A DNA stretch of 64,000 nucleotides, taken from contig CAWGAA010000001.1 of assembly GCA_963820525.1 (NCBI GenBank), positions 2,304,001 to 2,368,000 of the forward strand, given 5' to 3'. Position numbers and translations under genes: made by a program. The notes under the pieces are model-generated. The model made no database searches. It saw only the letters and a program-made list of their open reading frames with translations, and was not told the DNA's origin. Positions 31,601-39,432 of this stretch are shown here, in pieces. This DNA comes from an uncultured Spirochaetota bacterium (GTDB lineage Bacteria > Spirochaetota > Spirochaetia > SZUA-6 > Fen-1364). The first letter of the stretch is position 1; each line of letters starts with the position of its first letter.

Positions 31601-33837
31601 AGCGACGTGAAGGTGACGGTGGGCTTCACCCTGTCGTATACGACGGTCCGGCTCACCGCCGCGGCGGTCTTGCCGGCCACGTCCGTGACGGTGATCGTAT
31701 ACTCGAAAGTTCCGTCGGTCTCGGCGCCGGGCACGCTCCAGCTCCAGGCCTGGCTCTTTCCGCTCAGGGCCTGGTTGAGGACGGTGGTGGAGGCCCCGCC
31801 GTTCTTCTTCTGCGTGATGGTGATGTTGGCCAGCGCATTGGTGTCGGCGGCGGTACCGCTCAGGCTGAAGGCGATATTGCGATACGCGGGAGTCGGCCCG
31901 ATGGAGGTCTCGGTCAGGGTGGGGTTGGCCTGGTCGAGGAAGAAGGATCGGATTGCAACGGCGCTCTGGTTTCCGGCAAAGTCGACGGCAACGGCGCGCA
32001 CCGTGTACTGGCCTTCCGTGGCGAGCGGAAGCGTCGTGACCCACGAGGCGTTTCCGGTGAGGCGGTTCCACGTCGTGAAATCGGCCGGCGGGGTCGCGGA
32101 GGAAAGCCCCAGCCACAGGTAGATGTAGCGCACGTCCCCCGTGTTGTCGGAGGCGGTTCCGCTGATCGTCGTGCTGTTGCCGGTGACATACGAACCGGCG
32201 AGCGGCGAATCGATGGAAACGGTGGGGGCGCTCTCGTCTATTATATAGTGGAGCGTACGCCGCGCGATGGTGCCGGCGTCGTCGGTGGCCTGCAGGTCGA
32301 ACCAGATGTCGGTGTTTCCGGCGGCAAGAGGAACCTGGACATAGTACCAGCCCGGATCGACGCTGTCGGCGGCCGAAACAGTCCCGGCCAGGGCGGCCCC
32401 GCCTGAAGTGAGGGACGATGAGGCCGTGAAGGCGTTTATCGCATTGTCGTCGGTTGCATGGGCGCGAATCTCGATTCCCGACTGCCCGCTTCCGCCCAAC
32501 GGTCCCGCCGTGAAGGTTTTCCGCGTGATCAGGGAGAGGTCGTCGGGCAGCACGCTGTCGATGCGGGGCGCCCCCGAGTCCACGAGGAAGCCACAGGTGA
32601 TCTCGGTCGTGTTGCTGGATCCCGTCGATTTGGCGCTCACCTTCACCTTGTAGCGGCCGCTTGAGATGTAGGAGCCGCCCACCTTGGGCTCGATCTGGAA
32701 GCTCACGGAGCTCGAGATCGAGGTCCACGTCACGGCCCCTGCGTCGACGTTCGGCAAGGCGGGCCACGTGGTGACGGTGGAGGGGATGATCCATGCCTTG
32801 ATCGAGGTGCCGTCCACCGGCGTTCCGGCGGGACCCGGATTCGCATAGCCGGTTATAGGCACCTTGTTCCCGATGACATTGCTGGTGATCGCCAGGCTGG
32901 GGTCGAGGTTGGAGAAGTGAAGGACGGGAAGCGTTGCATCTGCTATCTTGTCGAAATCCCCGAACTTGGGGCTCCCCGTGATGCCGATGCGCAGGGCCTG
33001 CAGCATCGCGAAGGTGATATTGCCGGCCGTGCCGCTCTGGGTCTGATCCACCTTGCCGATCTCGTCGGTGGCCGGAAAGAGCAGACCGGGTGTAAGGGCG
33101 GCCCAGATATCCTGGGAATGGTAGTAGTAGGTGTTTGTGTTTCCCGCCTTGTCGGTCGCCTGAATGGCGTACCTGTAGGTTTGATTGTCGGGACGGGCGC
33201 TCGTGATGAAGCGGGTGGACCACGTGTTGGTGCCGTCCGCCAACTTGGTCTCCAACACGCTGTTGTCTGGCGCCAGAAGCTGGACATCCACATCCACAAT
33301 GGGGGATCGGTCCCACACCTCACCCTTGACGTCGATGTAGTCGCTCACGATGGGCTTGGAGGTGCCATAGCCCTGGGGCACCGTCACCAGCACCGTCGGC
33401 GCGATGTTGTCGATATAGGCAAGGAGGAGGGCCTCGACTTCCTTGCCGGAGCCGTCCGTGGCGGTAACCGTGACTTTCTGCTCCCCGTCGGGCAGGTTGT
33501 CCGCGCTTGCCGTGCCGGTGGGGATGTCGATGGTCCATGCACCGCCGGAGACCGTGATGTTCTTGGTGACGGCGCCGGATGACCCGACGTATCGCACGGT
33601 AACCTTGGCCAGGGAAAGGTCGTCCGCAGCGGTACCCTTGACCGTCAGGGGCCCCTTGACGTACGAGTTCTGCTGGGGCGAGCTGATCGCCAGGGAAGGC
33701 GGATTGATATCGACCTTGTCTCCCAGGCCGGGCTTCAGCAGGTCGCAGGTATTGAGAGACAGGGACGCCAGGATGATGAGGGACACCCGCGCCAATGCTC
33801 GGAGGCGCGCAAATTCACTTTGGCTCCTCTTTTTCAT
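19645..33837 (-). CDS. Giant (4730 aa) Ig-like-repeat surface lipoprotein / adhesin
   Basis: ATG 33837 follows GGAGGAGG. Signal ending LNTC-DLLKPGLGDKVD. Dozens of Big-type repeats (D..PT.....P...SG.A.D...D.AGN). C-terminal beta-propeller-like region. Confidence 0.9.
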   Translation of the reverse strand: MKKRSQSEFARLRALARVSLIILASLSLNTCDLLKPGLGDKVDINPPSLAISSPQQNSYVKGPLTVKGTAADDLSLAKVTVRYVGSSGAVTKNITVSGGAWTIDIPTGTASADNLPDGEQKVTVTATDGSGKEVEALLLAYIDNIAPTVLVTVPQGYGTSKPIVSDYIDVKGEVWDRSPIVDVDVQLLAPDNSVLETKLADGTNTWSTRFITSARPDNQTYRYAIQATDKAGNTNTYYYHSQDIWAALTPGLLFPATDEIGKVDQTQSGTAGNITFAMLQALRIGITGSPKFGDFDKIADATLPVLHFSNLDPSLAITSNVIGNKVPITGYANPGPAGTPVDGTSIKAWIIPSTVTTWPALPNVDAGAVTWTSISSSVSFQIEPKVGGSYISSGRYKVKVSAKSTGSSNTTEITCGFLVDSGAPRIDSVLPDDLSLITRKTFTAGPLGGSGQSGIEIRAHATDDNAINAFTASSSLTSGGAALAGTVSAADSVDPGWYYVQVPLAAGNTDIWFDLQATDDAGTIARRTLHYIIDESAPTVSIDSPLAGSYVTGNSTTISGTASDNTGDVRYIYLWLGLSSATPPADFTTWNRLTGNASWVTTLPLATEGQYTVRAVAVDFAGNQSAVAIRSFFLDQANPTLTETSIGPTPAYRNIAFSLSGTAADTNALANITITQKKNGGASTTVLNQALSGKSQAWSWSVPGAETDGTFEYTITVTDVAGKTAAAVSRTVVYDRVKPTVTFTSLTPVIGTNTVNGIVTLTVAVSDTTGLATVWYRYGDSGAFAEITTNKTTPSLVIDTTTFTDLAVTNAWIRAIDLAGNTQEVAQALAVDQSSDKPVISLTNLSAARNTPALGWGNLLESNAKVQGSATDDDSLDSSTIEISVDAAASWAAVSQKGPSGKVVSFEHNIASLAEGMHYLHIQASDLATAKMGLPFASNAIGPVYFVVDKYPPSTSVTSPAQDAVVNAGFAISGTASDANGLADLNSDTVSDVEVSTNGGASWTVLSAPGGAWSYPVAVDTTGHTFDGSHTYKFRATDRFAKTTVADYRFVVDTTGPTLAVSAPAGSSWLSGSTSTATGNASDGTGTGVAAVYWWAGDSLATPPALLSSWNTATGTTFWSGLMDVSGLGEGNRRLSVKAVDAAGNWSATVQRDFGIDQANPVLTVTNIATGVVGRSALFPMDGTAADTNALASIKVEQKKGTGTFVEVYNQGISGSQPPQPWSVTGLPRDPATPADSLLADGLFEYRATLTDVAGRTHVVTRTVQIDTTAPTVGISNPGVGAWLSGTAYNASGTATDPLSGVATVEWSTNGTTWQSATGTSSWSATLDLNTLGEGQKTLSIRATDNASNTSGVATRTFQIDQSNPSLSGISLATGLQFKNAVFTLDATAEDTNALANVTVTQSKNGGTAIEVFNQNYSVTSQAWSLTGLPRDPAAPGTTLLSEGNYEYVITVRDVVGKTTSATRTAMVDTSSPVLTITDPTSGGWADAANYTIRGTVSDGAGKGVTQLAWSLDNATWTPIALTGLAWNATIDVSGGGEGPKTLYMKASDGLNPDATSSVAFSYDLSAPSIIEDQIATPNLVYRTADFTIGGTISDTNGVVSVKVEASRDGGAYATVDTQPKTGKSNVPWSYPKTVDNTGTHNDDGEYEYRITVTDAAGKTTTVSRLVRIDTTKPVVAVTAPGASSWTQGPTMTISGTVAEASQIASVEYAVDGGAYALAAGGSNWAATVDLDTDGEGPDTGLAEANHVLHVRATDAAALVSLTVDVAFAVDQNAPTVTVGSPAVNSYVTGANLAVNGTGIDLNGLSTWDHDSNPGTPEVKYIEVFHPGTPGTWEKMQVDDTAIGVTADHVAGIFTSAAPHGLSAGQVVYFGGTTLPGGLDGGTPYYVLYLDPTTFEVSSSSGGAKVDFASDGAGVTASRMSWADSIPTASIGEGMSKKVSIRATDIYGRSTSVDVPIKVDTAAPTAAIGSPADGDWKKGAFSISGTASDATSGLSKVQVAVMLSGQPGSGDWKDASGTATWSYTYDSSSFTDDRTIYVRAVDNAGNVTSPLASQAVHLDQVPPTLSDITFQVGTNPANPYTPGVTVYTNTAFTLAGAAADNGSLVNVTVEQSTDNGLTYTNVATITTTPETWSWGRDATWVTAASEGAYLYRAISHDAAGSASVSSIYTLVIDKSLPNTPVITAPVLTDVFSGISLSAAATASDAGPAGLQTVEMKLSTDVGWTASVYNGTAWTATITLGSEGQKTLQCQAKDKAGNISGTASVTFWKDDSPPGGSITAPTANAYRNGAVTVSMTASDTNGVSSIAVSLADAALHASNGVLTRTGGDVYNGTWDDSAAPLSVSGLDDGVCTLTATLTDVAGRTSTATRNISLDRVKPTVSFLTPAASATTNKTISVTGTSSDNVAVQSLTLHIVKDTTVTANNLTDIFTTTAANNLSAGDVVSFTGTTLPTGISAATSYYVISENLDSTHFEVSATPNGARLDFSTDGVDVKAPLVALTLSPTGSYSWNLAALDTTAADVVNASTLVSGTKYGITLRAMATDIAGNKSAYNAQHPEYTDRSFFIDQQSDRPTIKLTNVNPNGTTTLKLTNTVYGTVSDDDGVTKLEIGEAAFDGVTVTPNSGSDVFATGSAHGLVAGTAVYFGGTALPAGISANTRYYVISEGLDATHFEVSQTLDGTKLDYTSDGTDVTISAFQTVTADASWSYDASSGDGTKRLYFRVTDASSTVFTTDLSNEPRIQDAADDTSVTFKVDTKTPEVDPTITIETCLPATANDTSDIITTDSAHGLASGNTVTFSATGLPGGISANTTYFVVAVPTSTQIQVSATSGGPVVDITSAGSGVFVHLAAKSLTTNMPFGGPTGRFNIRYSARDENGVASVVVAIPGIGNVTASVVGSPVAWPGYTPYETGVTNVTALSDGAKDVVATVTDGSGLASTATRTILVDNSAPSLGFLTPVNAAIVNGEVTVKGTASDSGSGLDTVMYRLGKNYTSQSPTAVGGTVYTWEIPFLNPSKIDNYSSMYSGLVDRTTGEEKSFTAAALVSNPNAAVGNTIKINGAYRVIATWTPAAGTVTWTGADVAVGTSQEYEVYTDVSAIHDSYTGVDLFVFPMVLRATDKAGNSTESLPITGAGATRSNPTSLSSAAIQNNTRIAVGQVVFIGNNARLITGWTPASGTVSWSGDVSIGETDFTIYPYSLRIDPNGDKPVASVSYPDANMTLGGSIRIYGSAIDDDGVAEVAMQIDCNNDGQFTAADTAGGTDWYNGGNGHTVIGSNNWYEVINSSQEFDPSGETPNPISFRVRAKDINGTLGPWSQPRTILVDKNVPKIGSTVPLYLEKVGDPTTTVTYTAGMYIKGNWYLKGSIENESALSSVSLSAPISKSIFWNGSVYTGDTGSFTLVTPSVPPYTNGLYKRIDLNVEIDSPGNSVVPLNFTLAAVDVAAQPKSSSLDMRITIDTKPPTAPTGPDFDNLTKFMVQDNGWCKLTGSALDEGSDVDRVEVYFIRRGMGNPANDRMYNPLAGNTKAYLSDFAFSGYEPVRTGTGTRPSQTSLVDASLIAAPAAALINKGQKIAIGGTIRTIDTWTPGSGTITWADGVVDQGLTAYSIDLAISIDHKNITESHDGASVLNDDGDGYVEKLRQTVGDTYDWYVDVNSANIPDGPIEIHYVVYDEAGNAAHYQIATSVQNSGPQLGAMWLGTDLDKNGSIDETPSSTEREKFLFTQGTNPVTYLTSVSTSYKVKAAPMYILYEITGGNGILETQVSAGPNTGSLSAVGTYVVRNGGTGTPITSLLLDATALSAITDGTRTFRSVIWDTTEETTRLTDSQHIQRDIVCKIKVTDSKAPVAYLNNFFWNSASDNSLYLNLKTNGHIELAGIDDSDPDVSGKISIRGTTGDDQGVVYIWMHIDNFTFPHAATIPTTSIGGQTYYRIANYDPLGSPPANWTSMNGFMVPSDTFGTNGWKFTVVSSTFSQAGHSVVWRLDWDSARISHIAVNDQNIRIVAEDKAATRSAVTADNTTLSGTGTRADTTHISDVNLQGRTTLWDNLPITVGSTNTTVADYDSGSGVIELAVPVAVGSTSYSITLPPNKPAYQVDVVPYITSITRQSPYPTNRTKYGKFLVNAGETNLTMTGFNLGDGTDTPTVTINRTPFLVVATNGDNRLNATAHGLANGTIVWITATTLPTGISSNVGYYVVNTAANYFQVSLTSGGPAVDFTSDGADVKVSVQQNTVTVSGSGSPYTSLTFTGTQMVNSGYLKVVVNGQPSINNTDSNSAEYNNEGGSGLWDDDRYMSVFDVGDYFAGSDAPEWPSMSINPTNSHVYGAWSSYNSGASYYSMPNSYGGAATEIWSGVDPAEYTDLFVRNNAGVDVRHSVVLENQNMTGTWQGLNSFIDTGSSRQIEREGNSDPPPANHSDGQDEMLFQFKNPRFTVKVGAAPANDVKYISYYDGWSKCLKYGVVTGGTGTFIGQNHLTDNQVVVDGYDFLAGAAPDYKYASSEDVGLWSDIGIDPDDGVPVIVYYSNTNKTLKIARGWNTQPVGNFNATAPYAPSATHQWEIDLIQPVNSFLGSYVSMVVDSNDAASSTYGDLFIMTFQNADGNLVFIHGHDVDGTGAGVQYTFDAPVTIDSVESVGPWSRISLMYIGTTAIPYVSYENASSVGTLGGLKIAWVKSGTGSSADDWEYGTIPVNDPVRDHRTNIVTSSTLNIGRYVAGVAQSADIAIGYAGSRFNLVYHKKEQ

Positions 33838-34113
33838 ACCGGCCTCCTCCCGATGACGGCGCTCCCGGTTTCCGGCAAGTCGAGGCTGTTTCCCTGTTCT
33901 TAACCTCGCCTGCCGCCCGCCCACATACAGTATCGTCAGCTCGCTCACCGGGCCCACATGGGCAAACCATTAAAGTCTACCCCGTTTTTCTTCGATTTCA
34001 TGAACAAATTCCTTAACATCCGTTAAGCGCTATAATCCCCCGAAACGTCGAGAATTGATCAGGAGCACGCGGCCCAGCGGGGGAATGAAAAGCAAGGATG
34101 CGCGAGGTATGAT

Positions 34114-37100
34114 ATGGAAGACATGAGTGGAGCGAACCGTCGAATCTTGAAGAGATGTCTCCTCTCCCTCTCTTTTTTGCTCGGCTTTCAGGCAGCCTCT
34201 TTCGCCGCAGGGTCGAAGGAGGCCGACTTCAAGAAGACGGACGGCCGCGACAACTGGGAGTACACCTATGACATCTCCACGATGGCGCCCGGAAAGTACA
34301 ACCTGATCGTCGAGGGCAAGGACAAGGCCGGAAACGTCTCCACCGCGGGCCCTTACAACGTGTATATCGATCCGAAATCCGACCTGCCCGTGGCCGGCAT
34401 TTCCAACCCGACGCCGGGCCTGCGCGTGGGAGGAGATCTCCACATCGTCGGCACCTGCGTGGACGACGATGGAGTGGACCGCGTCGAGGTCAAGCTTGAC
34501 GACGGGGAGTTCGTCAAGGCGGACGGCAGGGAGTACTGGTCCTACTCCCTGGAGGCGGCTTCCATGGCCGACGGCCGCCACACGGTGAGCGCCCGCGGCG
34601 TGGACATCAACGGCCTGGTGGGAGAGCCGGTGAGCGTTTCCTTCAACCTCGATACGCACAGGCCGGTTATCGCCATCGTCTCCCATAAGAGCGGGACCAT
34701 CGTATCGGGGACGGTCACTCTTTCAGGAACCGCCACGGATGCCAACGGGATCAAGAGCCTCGCCTGCAGCCAGGACAACAAGAAAACATTCCGGGAGCTT
34801 CCCCTCCGGCGGGGGAAGGACGACACCTCGGCGCAATTCGAGCTCACCGTGGATACCAAAAAGCTCGCCGATGGCCCGTACGCCTACTGGTTCGGCAGCC
34901 TCGACATGACGGGATCCACCGGATACACGGCGTTTCTCCTGTTCGTGGACAACACGGGCCCCTCCATCGAAATCTTGAAGCCGAAGAGCGACGAGAAGGT
35001 GAGCGGCAGGGTCGCCGTCATAGGCAAGATCACGGAGCGCATCGGCATCAAATCGTTCTCCTACGACGGGGGTGAGGCAAACAGGGGCGCCATAGAACTG
35101 GCCCCGGGCAACCCCTACTGGATCCACGAGTTCGATTTTTCCAAGCCGCGCGCATCCTCCGCGCGCATCCTCTTCACCGTGGTCGACCTCGTGGGAAACA
35201 CAACGACGAAGGATCTCACCGTGCAGATCCTCCCCGACGAGGCGGACCTTCCCGTCGTGACGCTCCGCTCGCCGGCGGCGAACGGGGTCTATCCCGCCGA
35301 TGTCCTTTTGTCCGGCTCGGTCCGCGACGACGATGGAGTGAAGGCAGTGCAATACTCCATCGACGGAGGGAAACCCGTCGTGCTCGATTCCCGGGAGGCT
35401 TTCTCGGCGATGCTCACGGAGCTTCCCGCCGGAAAGCACAAGCTGGCCATCCATGGAGTCGACACCAACGACAGACCGGGAAAGGATGTCACCGTCGAGT
35501 TCACCTCCCGGGGAAAACCTCCGGCGGTCACGGTGGAAAGCGTTTCCAGCGGGAAAGAGAGCGTTCCCTTCAGGCCGGGCTTCGAGATAGCCCGCGACAA
35601 GGGAGCGGTCCTCGTCGGCAGGATATCGACCCTTGGCCAGCTGAAGAGCCTGGAGTGCTCCTTGAACGGCGCTCCAGCGCAGAAGCTCTCCACCAAGGGC
35701 GCCGACAAGGCCGGTGAGGCTTCATTCGAGATCCGCATCCCCCCGACGGTCTCCTTCGGCATGGTGACGCTTTCCGTGCGCGCGACGGACCAGTCCGATC
35801 AGGTGGGCGAGTTCAAGAGCATCATCCACGTGACCAACTACTCCAAGCGCAACATCGAGCCCGGCATCTACTTCCTGCAGACGCGCGCTCAAGCGGATGG
35901 TACGATTCTCTTGACTCCTGAAATGCCCCTGGTGGGGATCTTCACCGGGGAAGAAATACGCTCCGTCAGCATCGAGCCTCCCTCCGACGTGCTTTCCATA
36001 GCCTTGGACGGAGAGAAGATCACGGTGAGCCCGCGCGGAACGGGCGCTGCGGGCCCCCTCCACGTCAAGGTGGTATCGGCCAAGGGGCGCGTCTTCACCT
36101 CCCCCGAGCTCGGATTCCAGGCCGACACGAGCGGAGGCGCCGCTTCCGCAGCCATCGATTTCTCCCGCATCGTCCAGGGAAAAGACTCCTTCGAGTATTC
36201 CCCGGGAATGCGTCTCGTGATCGATAGGTCGACTCTCCTCACGGGGACTGCCGCGATTGCCGCGCAGGTGAAATCCGCCGAGTATGCCCTCCAGGGCGGG
36301 CCCGCGCGAGGCTTCGGCTTGAAGAAGCTCGACACGGCAGGCCAGTACGGATTCGAAATACCCCTTCCGCCCGAACTCCCGTACGGAAAGATCGATCTGC
36401 GCATGGCCGTTACGGATGCAAGCGGTCAGAAAACCGTGCTTTCGACCTCTTTCTTCCGGGTTGAAAAGGAAAGCGGGACGGACAATGACGGGGAAGGCAT
36501 TTACCTCGCCGACTCCCGCATCGACTCGACGGGGGCGCTTCTCCTCGCTCCCGGCGAAAGCATCGGCGGATACTTCAACGGCCGTCCGGTCAAGGAAATC
36601 AGGCTCGACCCCGACACTCCGCTTCTTTCCGCCGCGGCCGATGGCAACTTCATCCGGCTCTCCGCGGTCAAGGAAGGGATGCCGGCGAGCGTCCGCCTGC
36701 GGCTGACCACCGTGGACGGCGACTTCTTCCAATCGGATCCCTACACGGTCCGCTCGGACGCCGGGGCGCCCGCCGTCACCGTGGACTCTCCCCGGACGGG
36801 AGACTGGGTGGGGGCACGGCTGAGGCTGAAGGGATCAGCCTCGGATCCCAACGGAATCGTGAAGCTGGAATACGCCCTGAACTCAAGCGACGCCTTCACC
36901 GCAATCCCGCCGGCCGGGGGGAGCGGGTCGTCCGGCTTCGATATTCCCCTCGATCTGGCGGACGTACCGGACGGGGACGTGGGCTTGACGGTCCGCGCCG
37001 CAGACGGCGCAGGGCGGCAGAGCGTGGTCTCGCTTCGGTTCATGAAGGACTCCGAGGGGCCGGCGATCTCGCTGGTAACTCCTCCCGCCGAAGACCCGGT

Positions 37101-39432
37101 GAACGGCCTCATAACGGTCACCGGGACGGCCACCGACGCTGGAGCGGTGGATCAAGTGGAGTTCAGCGACGACGGCAAGACCTACGCCGCCGTGACGGGG
37201 ACCGGGGTGTTCAGCATGCCTCTGGACCTCTCCAAGTACACCAAGCTCCCGGAGGCGTTCTACTTCCGGGCGAGGGACAAGAGCGGCAACATATCCGTAT
37301 TCACCGCGGCGCTGAACGTCCAGCAGGAGACCGACATACCTACGGTTCAGATCCAGATCCCGCAGGACGGGGAGGTGCTCAGGAGCGATTTCACCATCTC
37401 CGGGATGGTGTTCGACGACGACGGAGTGGGGTCGATCTCCTACCGAATCGACCAGGGGCCGATCCAGAAGCTTCCCGGCTCCAACAGCTTCGACATCCCC
37501 CTCCGCCTTGAGGACATGAGCGACAACGAGCACGCGATCGAGGTGATGGCGGAGGATCTCAACGGGGTGCCCAGCAAATCAGCCACGTCGACGTTCAAGA
37601 TCTCAAAGGCGGAGCCGACTTCGCGCCTGACATCTCCGGCTTTGAGCACCACGACGCGGGGCGTCATCACCCTTGCCGGAGAGTCGATGGACAAGAACGG
37701 CATCAAGGAGATATCCATCTCCTTCGACAACGGCCAGACCTTCAACCTCGCCGAGGGCAAGGAGAAATGGGCCTACCGTCTCGATACCCAGATTCTCAAG
37801 GACGGCACCTACTCCATCATCATCAAGGCGGTGGACGCGTACGGGACCGAGGGGCTTTTCTCGACGCTTCTCAACATCGACAACCAGCCGCCGCAAATCA
37901 TCCTGGACACTCCCAAGGACGGCGCGCCTGTTACGGAAAGCCTCGCAGTCGATGGACGCGCCATCGACAATATCGACCTTACCTCCCTGAAGGCCACTCT
38001 TGCGCCGCTGGGCTTGAAAGGATCAAGCCCTGCCTCCTGGGATCTTCCGCGGAAGGGGCATTTCTCCTCGGCGCTGGATCTCAAGGCCGTCGCGGCCGGA
38101 TGGTACAACCTAACCCTGGAGGCAACGGACAAGGCGGAGAACTCGGCCAAGATCTCCAGAAACGTGCTCGTCCAGGAAAAGAAGGCCGTGAACACGGTGC
38201 AGATCCTCTTCCCCGTGAATGGGGAAAGCATTTCGGGATCGTTCACCCTGGCGGGAAGGGTGCAGTCCTCCGAGAAGGTCACGGAGGTCGGCTTCAGCGT
38301 GGACGGTCAGGCCGCCGGAACCATTCCCATGAACGACAACGGCTACTTCACAATGGCCGTCACGCCGGAATCCCTTCAGGACGGGACGCATTCCCTCGAG
38401 GCGCAGGCCAGGCTCGCGGGAGACCTCGTGATCCGCTCGGAGCCTCGAAGCATCGTCTACAGGAAGCTGGGGCCGTGGATCAGGATCACCAGCAACGCAC
38501 CCGGGGATTTCGTCACCTCCCGCCCCTTCATCACGGGAGAAGCGGGCTTCACCTCGGAGCCTGCGGATCCCGCGGACAAGGAAGCCGTGGCTCGCGCGCA
38601 GCGGGAGCGCGATGCTCATCGGATCGAGCGCATCGAGGTGAGCCTCGACAATGGGAAGAGCTTCACGGCCGTTTCGGGGCGCGAGAAGTGGCAGTACAGG
38701 CTGGAGACGCAGAACTATCCCGACGGAGAAGTCAGGTTCATCGCACGGGCCGTTTTTACGGACGGATCGACGGCATTCGACGAAACTCTCCTCACGATCG
38801 ACGACACGCCGCCCCAGGTTGTCCTGCTCTCCCCGCGTGAGGAAGGCCGATTCAACGGGGAGATCTCTCTGCTCGGTACGGCTCATGACGAGAATGGAAT
38901 CTCCCAGGTGCGCGCCGCGGTCCGCCAGGGAGACAAGGCGAACTACGAAGTGCCCGGCTTCATCCAGGGCCTCTACTTCGAAGGCCACGCGCTTGGAGCC
39001 ACCGAATGGGACTTCGGCATCGGGCTCACGTTCTTCGACGACAACGTCAAGCTCCAGGCCCAGGTGGGCACGGCTCCCGAAGGGAGGTTCTCGGGCCTGG
39101 TCATTGGGACGAAGCTTCTGGCCAACATCTTCCGCCTCCCCTTCAGCTATTTCCTGGGGCCCGACTGGGACCTGCTGTCCCTGTCCCTGGCCATCGGCGC
39201 CAACTTCTCCTACGTCACCAACTCGGGCAGCGCGATCGCCTTTACAGACAAAGGCCTGATCATCGGAGGAGTCGTGGGTCAGCTGGAGTTCCCCATCGTG
39301 AAGCTCAAGTCGTGGCCCCTGTTCAGGACATACTCGCTGTACACGGAGTACCAGCTCTGGTTCATCTCATCGGACATCAGCGCGGGCTTCGTGAGCCGGA
39401 TGGCTTTCGGCGCGCGGATCGGACTGTTCTAA
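34114..39432 (+). CDS. Large Ig-like-repeat protein with C-terminal outer-membrane beta-barrel-like domain
   Basis: Signal peptide (…AASFA), many Big repeats (G.A.D.DGV..VE.S.D.G), amphipathic C-terminal strands ending RIGLF. Start may be 34123. Confidence 0.85.
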   Translation: MEDMSGANRRILKRCLLSLSFLLGFQAASFAAGSKEADFKKTDGRDNWEYTYDISTMAPGKYNLIVEGKDKAGNVSTAGPYNVYIDPKSDLPVAGISNPTPGLRVGGDLHIVGTCVDDDGVDRVEVKLDDGEFVKADGREYWSYSLEAASMADGRHTVSARGVDINGLVGEPVSVSFNLDTHRPVIAIVSHKSGTIVSGTVTLSGTATDANGIKSLACSQDNKKTFRELPLRRGKDDTSAQFELTVDTKKLADGPYAYWFGSLDMTGSTGYTAFLLFVDNTGPSIEILKPKSDEKVSGRVAVIGKITERIGIKSFSYDGGEANRGAIELAPGNPYWIHEFDFSKPRASSARILFTVVDLVGNTTTKDLTVQILPDEADLPVVTLRSPAANGVYPADVLLSGSVRDDDGVKAVQYSIDGGKPVVLDSREAFSAMLTELPAGKHKLAIHGVDTNDRPGKDVTVEFTSRGKPPAVTVESVSSGKESVPFRPGFEIARDKGAVLVGRISTLGQLKSLECSLNGAPAQKLSTKGADKAGEASFEIRIPPTVSFGMVTLSVRATDQSDQVGEFKSIIHVTNYSKRNIEPGIYFLQTRAQADGTILLTPEMPLVGIFTGEEIRSVSIEPPSDVLSIALDGEKITVSPRGTGAAGPLHVKVVSAKGRVFTSPELGFQADTSGGAASAAIDFSRIVQGKDSFEYSPGMRLVIDRSTLLTGTAAIAAQVKSAEYALQGGPARGFGLKKLDTAGQYGFEIPLPPELPYGKIDLRMAVTDASGQKTVLSTSFFRVEKESGTDNDGEGIYLADSRIDSTGALLLAPGESIGGYFNGRPVKEIRLDPDTPLLSAAADGNFIRLSAVKEGMPASVRLRLTTVDGDFFQSDPYTVRSDAGAPAVTVDSPRTGDWVGARLRLKGSASDPNGIVKLEYALNSSDAFTAIPPAGGSGSSGFDIPLDLADVPDGDVGLTVRAADGAGRQSVVSLRFMKDSEGPAISLVTPPAEDPVNGLITVTGTATDAGAVDQVEFSDDGKTYAAVTGTGVFSMPLDLSKYTKLPEAFYFRARDKSGNISVFTAALNVQQETDIPTVQIQIPQDGEVLRSDFTISGMVFDDDGVGSISYRIDQGPIQKLPGSNSFDIPLRLEDMSDNEHAIEVMAEDLNGVPSKSATSTFKISKAEPTSRLTSPALSTTTRGVITLAGESMDKNGIKEISISFDNGQTFNLAEGKEKWAYRLDTQILKDGTYSIIIKAVDAYGTEGLFSTLLNIDNQPPQIILDTPKDGAPVTESLAVDGRAIDNIDLTSLKATLAPLGLKGSSPASWDLPRKGHFSSALDLKAVAAGWYNLTLEATDKAENSAKISRNVLVQEKKAVNTVQILFPVNGESISGSFTLAGRVQSSEKVTEVGFSVDGQAAGTIPMNDNGYFTMAVTPESLQDGTHSLEAQARLAGDLVIRSEPRSIVYRKLGPWIRITSNAPGDFVTSRPFITGEAGFTSEPADPADKEAVARAQRERDAHRIERIEVSLDNGKSFTAVSGREKWQYRLETQNYPDGEVRFIARAVFTDGSTAFDETLLTIDDTPPQVVLLSPREEGRFNGEISLLGTAHDENGISQVRAAVRQGDKANYEVPGFIQGLYFEGHALGATEWDFGIGLTFFDDNVKLQAQVGTAPEGRFSGLVIGTKLLANIFRLPFSYFLGPDWDLLSLSLAIGANFSYVTNSGSAIAFTDKGLIIGGVVGQLEFPIVKLKSWPLFRTYSLYTEYQLWFISSDISAGFVSRMAFGARIGLF

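Noticed and set aside
19645..33837. Prophage or diversity-generating retroelement associated with the giant gene
   Set aside because: No integrase, capsid, terminase or reverse transcriptase was seen. I found no near-identical DNA repeat pair, and the repeats are diverged at protein level.
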